DNA from: Bolinopsis microptera
Taxonomy: Eukaryota
DNA: 64,000 nt
Assembly (NCBI RefSeq): GCF_026151205.1
Contig: NC_087080.1
Coordinates: 4,938,797 to 5,002,796, forward strand
Direction of reading: 5' to 3'
How positions within the stretch are numbered: position 1 is the first letter of the stretch; the number at the start of each line of letters is the position of its first letter. Positions 13,570 to 23,234 of this stretch are shown here, one piece after another. The position numbers and the translations under genes were made by a program. The notes under the pieces were generated by a model, which ran no database searches, was not told the origin of the DNA, and saw nothing but the letters and a program-made list of their open reading frames with translations.

Positions 13570-13761
13570 CTCTGACTGAGCGGTCTCCTCTGAAACTGGA
13601 AGTTTCTTGCCGAATAACCGTCCGGGAGAGGTTTTAGGGGACTCGTTCTTACACAGGACCTTGTTCTCTGGGGTAGTCGGAGGTTCCAACTTTATGAAGG
13701 GGTGAGGAGGCGACAATTCCTCTTTTTTAATCGTCATAGGTTTGGGGGCTTCTTCTGCCGG
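13570..13761 (-). CDS. Internal coding exon of the CREB3-like gene (IKxEP / Pro-rich region)
   Basis: Acceptor cttatttcag|CCG and donor GAG|GTGAGA. It has 64 codons: PAEEAPKPMTIKKEELSPPHPFIKLEPPTTPENKVLCKNESPKTSPGRLFGKKLPVSEETAQSE. The FIKLEPP motif resembles PVIKAEP in CREB3L proteins. Confidence 0.55.
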
Positions 13762-14744
13762 CTGAAATAAGTTTGTTAAATAACTCAATTTGTAATGGTT
13801 TTGATTATTACGAAATGGACGGACGTGATCTTAATTGTTTGTGGTTTTATATCTAGTTTTAAAAAGGCTTGACGTATTTATCAAGTAGTAAGTAGACTAA
13901 ATGTGACGAATTTTAAATGTGTAACGAAACTGTATTGTTGAGTGGGGATGGAGAGAGATAAAATGCATGTTGATCAGAGAAAATGTATAATTCAGCATGT
14001 GAGACGTCGTAATAAAAGCAATATTCAGCTAATGCGTTCCACTTTTCTGTTGTATTATTTGCAAGCATGGCCACCATTAACAAGTAAGGAAAAGAGTTGT
14101 TATTTGGGCAGATTCAGTTGGCGGCTAATTTACTACTGTGGGAAAGAAACTGTTTAAACGGCAACAGGTTTGAAAACTTCTGTACATGATTGTGGACAGA
14201 AATCTAGCATTCATTTTTTTCTGTCTTAATATCACAACAGTTTAAATATCAATGCACTAATATATTTAATGAAATATTTTAGATTAAAAACACTTCTATA
14301 TAATATAAAGTTATGTTATTTATATGTCACTCAAACTTAAAGTGCAGCTGTAAGAATCGGATAACATCACGACCCCAGTCCTCAAGCTCACGAGTATAAT
14401 TGTGATCACTCTGTAGGTCAAAATTTCAAATTTATTAAAAAATATGTGACTTGTGACAGTGTAATAAAGTAGTAATGTGTAGAAATGTGCAGCAAGAATC
14501 CTGCAATCTGCTTTCCTCGATACATCAATTGATATGATTACTACACACATATTACATCCAAGTCAAACAAATAATATGATTTGAAAGCTTCCCGCGCTTG
14601 AATATTGAGGCAACACCACTTCCCACATTGAGACTACCACACACAAACAGTACACTGTGTGTAGTGGTTTGGTCCAGGATCTTCTGAGTGTAACAATGTT
14701 TGGTTAGCGTGTCAGGACAAGGTCAGACCACTGCACTGAGCACC

Positions 14745-15710
14745 GGATACTGGCCACTGTGCAGTACTGACTAGTGGCTAGTACTGGCTCCTTATACTAC
14801 TGGCTAGTACTGGCTCCTGATACTACTGGCTAGTACTGGCTCCTGATACTACTGGCTAGTACTGGCTCATCATACTACTACTGGCTAGTACTGGCTCCTG
14901 ATACTACTGGCTAGTACTGGCTCCTCATACTACTGGCTACTGGCTAGTACTGGCTCCTCATACTACTGACTAGTACTGGCTCCTGATACTACTGGCTAGT
15001 ACTGGCTCCTCATACTACTGGCTAGTACTGGCTCCTCATACTACTGGCTAGTACTGGCTCCTGATACTACTGGCTAGTACTGGCTCCTGATACTACTTGC
15101 TAGTACTGGCTCCTGATACTACTGGCTACTGGCTAGTACTGGCTCCTCATACTACTGACTAGTACTGGCTCCTGATACTACTGGCTAGTACTGGCTCCTC
15201 ATACTACTGGCTAGTACTGGCTCCTGATACTACTGGCTAGTACTGGCTCCTGATACTACTGGCTAGTACTGGCTCCTGATACTACTGGCTACTGGCTAGT
15301 ACTGGCTCCTCATACTACTGACTAGTACTGGCTCCTGATACTACTGGCTAGTACTGGCTCCTCATACTACTGGCTAGTACTGGCTCCTCATACTACTGGC
15401 TAGTACTGGCTCCTGCTAAAACTGGCTAGTACTGGCTCCTCATACTACTGGCTAGTACTGGCTCCTGCTAAAACTGGCTAGTACTGGCTCCTCATACTAC
15501 TGGCTAGTACTGGCTCCTGATACTACTGGCTAGTACTGGCTCCTGCTACTACTGGCTAGTACTGGCTCCTGATACTACTGGCTAGTACTGGCTCCTGATA
15601 CTACTGGCTAGTACTATACTGGCTCCTCATTCTACTGGCTAGTACTGGCTCCTGATACTACTGGCTAGTACTGGCTCCTGATACTACTGGCTAGTACTGG
15701 CTCCTGATAT
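14745..15710. repeat. 26-bp-unit tandem satellite, ~37 copies (consensus tactggctagtactggctcctgatac with ctgat/ctcat variants and a 9-bp insertion variant), intronic
   Basis: The direct tandem array is visible in the sequence. It has two alternating variant units and occasional ctggctact insertions. Confidence 0.9.
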
Positions 15711-16898
15711 GTACATTACGCTGATCTGTTAACTAATTCTCATCATCAAAAAGAGTACATTCACGGAAATTTACCATACTGGATCTCTGCACGAGTCTTA
15801 TTTTCTGTAGAACCGCAGCTTTTACAAAAGCCGTTAGCTACCACTATGTGAAAACCGAACTAATTGCACCGTGCACTCTACTCAGATTTTAAATGGTTTG
15901 TGATTGTGTGAAATAAACATGGTGTATACTGTAGACCAGGTAGTTAGTTACAGAGACCAATTATTTGACTTACACTGAACAGCAGTAATCCTATGATAGT
16001 AAAGACTGTTTTACTCTTTCTCAGTACAGAAGGTCTGGAGAGAGAGGACACAATACTCCAAGCTCCAACTTAATTACTTAGACGGTCTGTATTCACAGAG
16101 TGCAGAACAATATAACATGTGATATCACGTGATGTAGAGATCGGACTCTGATTGGACAACTCTGTTCACGTGACTTGCAAGGTGCCCCTTATTTGTTGAG
16201 TTCGAACTTGTGATAATCTAGTTCTGCAGCGGTATTAAACAGGTGTGGTGGGTTTCGAACTTTAGCTTCAGCTGTTACACACACTAAATATTGGGTTTCA
16301 TTAACACTGAAAATTGACAAGTATATGAGAGGTGCGAGTGTGATACTGGAAATCTTAAATGAGGGCTTCCATTTATAATATGATGTAGATACAGCATGTA
16401 GAATGTAGATGTATCGATCTAGATCAGTCGTCATTAACTTGCATCTACTGCTTATTGAAAATATGGCTATATTACATATCTTATAATGCAATACAATGCA
16501 ATGTATTCAGATTGAAACATTTACATAATGTGTACAATTCCAGATAATTCAATTGTTTTAACAAGCTTCAGACTAGGATACTGGTGGGGAAATTTCTTCA
16601 ATCTATTTTCACACATGACAGCGATTTGTCCAGCCCTAAGTCCAGTCTATAACTCCTAAGTCCAGTTAAACTGATTGGTTCCTGCCAATCAGTTTAACTG
16701 TATTACAAACCAAATAATTCTCAAAAACTGAACTGACCTGGCCGACATCCAATTCTTTACTGTCATCAGAAACTGAAAAATGATAAAATGATAAGCTTAT
16801 CATGGTCAGGAAGAATTATTGAATATTATCGAGAGTGCAATCTAAATTCTGAATATCAATTATCTCTAAGTTCAAACAAATGAAAGTTATAATCTTAC

Positions 16899-17045
16899 CA
16901 GTTGTTGGGGTATTCATGAGCAAGGGATCCTCCATGAGGTCGAGACCCAGGGTTACATCTGAGTGGTCGTAGAGACCAGGCAAAGTGTTAAGTTCCTTTA
17001 GCAGATCCTCTTCAAAATCTAGATTGAAGGGATCATCCCACAGTG
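16899..17045 (-). CDS. CREB3-like gene, second coding exon (acidic transactivation region)
   Basis: Acceptor tactttcag|CA and donor AACTG|GTAAGATT. It encodes (A)LWDDPFNLDFEEDLLKELNTLPGLYDHSDVTLGLDLMEDPLLMNTPTT(G). Phase is consistent with exon 1. Confidence 0.6.
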
Positions 17046-17246
17046 CTGAAAGTATTGGTTTATTAAATATCATTGTTTGTCATGTAATTAGTAAAACAAG
17101 TGTCATCATTTAGCAAGCAATCAGAGTCTATTATTACTGCTTTCTGGTCCAACATTGGGAATCAGACAAAAGAGATACCAATTGGTTTTAAAAGGAGCCA
17201 ACGGAAAGTAAGGAGGAGCTAATAATACCTAATAAAGAATCTTACC

Positions 17247-17319
17247 TGTTTCATCTTTTTCCAGCATTGACATAGAATGATCAGGATCAAACTGCTTTAG
17301 AAAATCAACCGATGCCATG
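17247..17319 (-). CDS. CREB3-like gene, first coding exon with start codon
   Basis: ATG in the context gccATGG, encoding MASVDFLKQFDPDHSMSMLEKDET, then donor ACAG|GTAAGA. It is phase-compatible with exon 16899-17045. An acidic N-terminus is typical of CREB3L activation domains. Confidence 0.55.
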
Positions 17320-19419
17320 GCTAAAGAAACGACGAGAAATAGTTATTTAAGTCACTTTGATTATTATTAAATCTAAAATAGCTTATAGTGAAACAAATTT
17401 TTTTTTAAATCAATCAATTTGAGGTCTTTCGTTGAGGGAGTTGCCACATTTGTTGGTTAACAGTTCTCAACATAACATACACAAAGCTTGACCGCTTTAT
17501 TGACCCGCGTATAGGTACACATCCCAACACTAGTGTGTGACGACATAATGTTGGGCTGCTTCAGGAAGTGTTAGGATGCTTCAGCTCAGTGGAAGCAAGA
17601 GTCCTGATTTCCTGCCACATTGCATCTTAAAGTACCTGGCAGAGTGGTGGATTTTGGGGTCCAGAGATCTTCCCTCTTTAAAATGTTGTCATCCTCCTTT
17701 CAGATATGTGCCAAGAGTGAACAGTCTAGTTACTTAGATGTTTTCTTATATAGGAGGTTGCAACGCTGCGATTCAAGGTTGACAACTAAATAATACCAGA
17801 TGAAACTATTCACCTAAATTTGGTTCTCAACTCTCTAGTTAGCTAGATCCTGCAAAAATTCATTTAGTCCCCAGATAAATTCAACTCTTCTGATAAATGC
17901 TTTCTGCGTGCTGCTCTTAGTTGGAACCAAAACTTCTTCTTCCAACCAATAAAAACACCAGATGGGAATTCCAATCTCACAAGTTGAGAAATGAGAATAC
18001 TCAATGTCCAGATAGATTATAGACTGGTGCTTTGAGAGCGCATACGACTCCTGTGCATAGTCTCTCAGCTCTGTGGACCCAGTAACCACTTCAACTACAT
18101 CTTAACAAAAAGCATTTACTCACTACTTCAACATTTGCACGGGTTTCTAAAGCGCGCACGTACGTTTACTCTTGGCCGTGACATAACGTTTAAATATGAG
18201 GCAGTGACTGTAATTTTCTACAACAATTACCGAATTATCCATCCATCAAGTGATTTACAAAATGACACCTAAACCCACGTGTTCACTTACACAGTACTTG
18301 GCTGAACTGTGGTGTCTAACGTTTGCAGCTAGATTGGACTCTGATATTAGCAAATTTGTATGATTTTTAAAGAAGAAAAGTATTTATCATGCTCTGCAAC
18401 CTGGTAGCGCGGCTGACACAAAACAAAATGTTGCCTGGCTTTTGCATAGCGTAGTAAATAACACGCTCTCTGACAAAAGCCGTCTGGAGGAACTCCGCGA
18501 AATGTTCATTGTAGTCAACGGGCACAAAGAAGCATTATTAGCAATTGTGTCCTTTACCCTCCTACACAATTTGAACATTTTCGTGGCTAACTCATTGAAC
18601 AACATCTGACTTAATATGCATTTAGTATTAAACAATTCAGTGAGTTATCTTTTCATGTACGCGTACGCTGTACATTGTAGTTAGTAAATGCAAACCAAAC
18701 TTTTTCGATCAGCCGCGCGCTGAGCCAGTGTTGCAAGGTAAATTTGTGTATATTTTGTACATTTATCTGTTATCAGTGTAAATTAATTTATTAATTTATC
18801 ACTTGAACACGTATCACAAATTATTTTATTATAATGAAACCATTTCTGTGACATGGTAATCTTGACTTTAAATATTTGAACTAAATATGAATTGATTGTG
18901 GGTATAAAATAAAATTTGTTTTACTTGTTTTACTATTTTACATGCAAGAAATTTTTTTGCAATCACAAGCAAATAAACCCTGAGAAACATTTGCTGTTAC
19001 TAGTACAGCAATCTTTGTTAACTTGCATCTGGTTAACCATCTGGTTAATTGCAAAAAAATTCCTTGCATCAAAAATGCTTTTTGTTGTAGATTTGAACAA
19101 GTTTGCAGTTGATGAATGATAATAATACGATTCAAGGTATGACGATTCAAAATTTGGTAACATTTTTCCAACACAAATACAACCAAACCATATCAATTTA
19201 CAATTTATTGTCGGGATTACATAAAACAAAGTCGATAGAATCAAGTTAATGGTTGATACTCGTAAATATTTGTCCGTGTTGAAAATAGCCCCAAAGAAAA
19301 CCTGAGACGAAGATTGAACTCTAAAATTCCTCGCATCAACAATGCTTTTTGTTATAGATTTGAACAAGTCTGCAGTTGATGAATGATTAAAAATACTGAA
19401 TACAAAGCTACTTAGTACT

Positions 19420-21210
19420 CATAGCACTTTGCCTCGCGCCCATATTTCGAGATGAAAGCTGCACGCGCTACTTTGAAGAAATTAAGACGGGTATCATCCG
19501 TCAATTATGTAGCAAATGGGAGTTTATCTGTAATAGCAAATAGGTGACGTCATGACAATCTGCAGATCGTATACGACATACGAGCTTGAAACAGTTGATA
19601 AAGTTGTAACCCACTTTTCTCCCATTACACATCATTCTATTATATAGCCCAAATTGATAAAAGATTGCACTGCCAGCTGCGCTCGAGATAAAGTAAGTTT
19701 ACAACGTACAACACAAATAATTATAAAACACTGCGGCACGCAGAATTAAACAATTACCTTTCCTGTCCCATGCATCGTTGTAATTCGCAAAAGTGTTATT
19801 CATGTAACTTTGCCTCACGTCGTGTAGGACCGCCGCGCATAAGTGATAAGTGCACGGCGGTATAAAATGACAATGAGGGTCACAACGTAATACAAAGATA
19901 ACCAGCTTATTTCATTGATCATTTATCATTTATGATTTAACATTCTCATTATTTTTATTTAAATTCTTTTTGCTCCGATCTGGCATAATTTAAAACTTTT
20001 TTAAACCTTTGTTGTTTGTGTTTTTAAATTTTGTTTTACTTGTTGGTTTATAACTTACTAAACATTAAAATATGTAGCGCGATGTACTTGTCATTCGTTG
20101 TATGAGCCGCCGCGCACTTGACGGATGTTACTCGTCTAAATTTCTTGATCGAAGTAGCGCGCGCCGCTTTCTTCTCGAAATGCCCGATGGCAAGTGCTAC
20201 GAAGTAGCGCGCACCGGGCCAGACTATAAACAATGGTCAACATAATTGAGTGCCAGAAGCATAATTGAATGCGAGAAGCATAATTGAGGGCGCGGTGCGG
20301 CACAGTAACGCATCGCGCTATAAGTATAAACAGTACTTATTGTAGCGCGATGCACTACTGGGTCGCATCAAATAATGCTTCTCGCAGATCGGCGAGATGC
20401 TAAGGATTGACATCGTGAATCAGGGGTACTTAGTGAAACGAAAAGGCACAATGGGGGTCACGACGTGATACAACGTTACTGGGCGGCGCTCAGCCTTTCA
20501 TTCCGCCAAATCTCTATTCACTATTCGGCCTCAGCTATAATTATAAACATAAATATAATAGCATGGGGTCCCCAATTGACATAGCCATGTGTATACGCGT
20601 ACTGCGTGACGCGCTTGTTTCGGCGGTCGCGCTCTACTGCAAGCGAGAGGGCTCTGGTAAGAGCAAGTTCCCCAATAATTAATATACAACGTTACCTGAG
20701 GACCCCAGGCTATTATGTTCACAATAAAGATTTGGCGGAATGACAGGCTGAGCGCGGCCCAGTAATATACAACGATGCACTATTGGCATTGGGCCGCGCG
20801 GTGCATCAAATAATTTCAGATTTGTTCGCAACCACAGCTTCGTTAGATTAACGCGATTGGTGATGCATCATTAACCATTGGGCCACGCCGAACTGCGAAA
20901 GATTGACACCGTCGATCGATACTTAACTAAAACGTGCGCCAAATTGCTAATATTTAAAAAGTATTCAACGTTACGTTAATAAGCTTTCCCAGAAAACCTT
21001 ACCGGTAGGGGCCTACCTAACTTCGGAAGTAAAAGAAATAGAAAGTTTTGGTTTTCAACTCAATGATCGTCTCGTAAAACTATTGACGGATGTTACTTGT
21101 CTAAATTTCTTCGATGTAGCGCGCGCCGCTTTCTTCTCGAAATGGCCCGATGGCAAGTGCTACGAAGTAGCGCGCGCCGGGCCAGATCATTAACAATGGT
21201 CAAGTAAAAC
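19420..21210. repeat. Cluster 1 of GC-rich modular interspersed repeats (hairpin-forming modules; inverted-repeat pair 20468-20600 / 20695-20770; ~130-bp module at 20110-20245 and 21085-21205)
   Basis: Shared modules recur at 36480-37550 and 55630-57810 on both strands. Examples are gacggatgttactcgtctaaatttcttc-gaagtagcgcgcgccgc...cgaagtagcgcgcgccgggcc, ttactgggcggcgctcagcctttcattccgccaaatc, ggggtcacgacgtgatacaa and tgtcatacgttgtatgac. The GC content is far above the surrounding sequence. Confidence 0.7.
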
Positions 21211-21299
21211 TAAATCTAGTCTAGGTAAACTATAGGTAAAAATATAACCCCAGCTAGCCTACTCCGCTTTCATCTACGGAACCTCCAAAAGATGGAATT

Positions 21300-22682
21300 T
21301 TGTTTGCCGTACAACCCCAGGGATTTCCGACCATCTGAAACTCTTGGAATATTGTGTCAAGGAAGACTTTATACCAGCCATTATGGGCAAAAGGTTTGTG
21401 CCTGATCAAATCAGAAAAATAGCTTCACTTCCTGCAAGAATGGGCGGGCTGAGCATTCCAGACTGCACATCAACAGCAGAGATGGAGTACACTAACTCAG
21501 TAAATGCTACAAAACAGCTCACAGAAGCAGTTTTTCAACAGCTTACTACTTTCCAACTAAACGGAGAACTGCAGCATGACATCATAAGTGAAGTAAAGAA
21601 GCGTAAGGAAGAGCTTTACAAACACCAACGAGAAACTATTACGAATGAGGTATCCCCATCAACACAAAGGCAATTAGAACTCCTTAGTGAAAAAGGAGCA
21701 TCCATTTGGTTATCCACACTCCCTCTAAAAGCATGTGGGTACGTCCTTAACAAACAAGAATTCTTTGATGCCCTCTCACTCAGATATAATCTTACACTGT
21801 CTACAGCTAACAGAAGTCCCCTATGTGTATGTGGAAATCAAAATCATATCAACCATAATCTAACCTGCAAAATCGGAGGCTACGTTTCACTTAGACACAA
21901 TTCACTAAGAGATACAATAGCTGAACTCCTAACCACTGTTTGCAAAGACGTTGAAACAGAACCCCAGCTTCTCTCCGTTCCTCACACACTTGAACTATCT
22001 AATGGAACAAATAGACAGGATGGTGCAAGACTGGACATCAGTGCGAGATCGTTTTGGTCGCCGCTAGACAGGGCATTCACAGATGTAAGGGTACTTCACC
22101 CTCAAGCCCAGTCCAACAGTGACAAGAGCATCTCGCAGATGTACCAATCTCACGAGAAAAGCAAAAAACGTGAGTACAATGACAGAGTCCTCAATATTGA
22201 AAAGGCTACCGACCTTCACGCCACTGGTGTTCAGTACTACAGGAGGAATGGCAACTGAGGCTTCACAGTTCCTAAAACATCTCGCTGAAAAGATCAGCCT
22301 AAAGAAAGGCCAACGGTATTGTGATGTGATGTCATTTGTCAGACGCAGACTGCGTTTTGATCTACTCAGAACCTGTATAATCTCTATCAGGGGGTACAGA
22401 GGTACCAGAACCCTTCCACCCACGGCAATAAGTGATTTGGACCTTAACCTGATCAACACTCTTAAACCCTAAAAGGTCATGGAGTGCTTGTTGGATGGGG
22501 GTTTTAACTGCTTTTTGTTGTGATGTGATTTAGTGGATTTTATATATATTTATTACAAAGGGTTTTATTTTTACCTCAGTTTTTAAATTTGTAACATTTT
22601 TACAGAATTTTTATATAGGGTCATTGCTATATTATGTGTATATTGTTTGAATATTTTATTTAAAAAAAAAAAAAAAAAAAAG
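21300..22682 (+). mobile_element. 5'-truncated non-LTR retrotransposon copy ending in a poly(A) tract; C-terminal domain with a CCHC motif plus PD-(D/E)xK-like (R2-type restriction-like endonuclease) signature
   Basis: ORF 21344-22258 carries CVCGNQNHINHNLTC (C-x-C-x-H-x3-C), then LRHNSLRD, ETEP, ARLDISARSFW and FTDVRVLHP, followed by K-rich sequence. The frame-shifted continuation at 22119-22472 (FSTTGGMATEASQFLKHLAEKISLKKGQRYCDVMSFVRRRLRFDLLRTCIISIRGYRG) aligns with the intact copy at 61364-62104. An A22 tract lies at 22661-22682. Related fragments are at 54617-54985 and 61364-62104. Confidence 0.55.
21344..22472 (+). pseudogene. Frameshifted ORF of the RLE-type LINE copy (two overlapping frames, 21344-22258 and 22119-22472)
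   Basis: Comparison with the minus-strand copy at 61364-62104 shows that one continuous protein is split here by a frameshift. Confidence 0.55.
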
Positions 22683-23234
22683 GTAAAAATATAATATTAA
22701 TCATAAGCTAAAATGTACTAATCTTTGTATTCTAAATGGGGAAAAAGAAGAAACATTGTCAGTCAGTCGAGAAAATTGTCAGTCAGGCTATATGGCAGCT
22801 TTGTAGATGTTGTGACTATGCTAGTAGTGGTCCCAGGCTTGCGACTGGAATTGCGGTGTTAAATCGATTTAATGGTATACCAACGATCCACCTCCCACTT
22901 GTTGTTTGGTACTTAGCATTAATAGTGTTAGCTGTAGCCATTTATAGCAAGAATCTTAAAACTAAAGGGGATGACAAGGAAAAGAGGAAGGAAAAAGAAT
23001 AACGGAACAAACAATTAATTAAAGTATTTATAGGAGCATTAGATATTGTAATTACAAGCTTCAATAATAAATCACTGACTAAAACTTCTAATTAAAATGA
23101 CACTTGGTACGCTCGCCCATTTTCACTGGTCAGTCTGAACTTCGGTTTAGCACGTTGTACACTTATTCACCTAAGTTTCAGAATTTGTTCAGTTTAGCAG
23201 AGTTAGTACCCGTGTTTCAATAAATCAAAAGATA

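Noticed and set aside
16190-16265. tRNA-like strings (gagttcgaac / ggtttcgaac); also 11490-11540
   Set aside because: No cloverleaf can be drawn. There is no GTTCGAATC-type T-loop with a matching acceptor stem, and no A/B box spacing.
22736-23002. ORF MGKKKKHCQSVEKIVSQ... downstream of the LINE poly(A)
   Set aside because: It lies in the 3' flank and UTR of the minus-strand PLE, with no splice signals or motifs. It has one hydrophobic stretch only and is probably chance.
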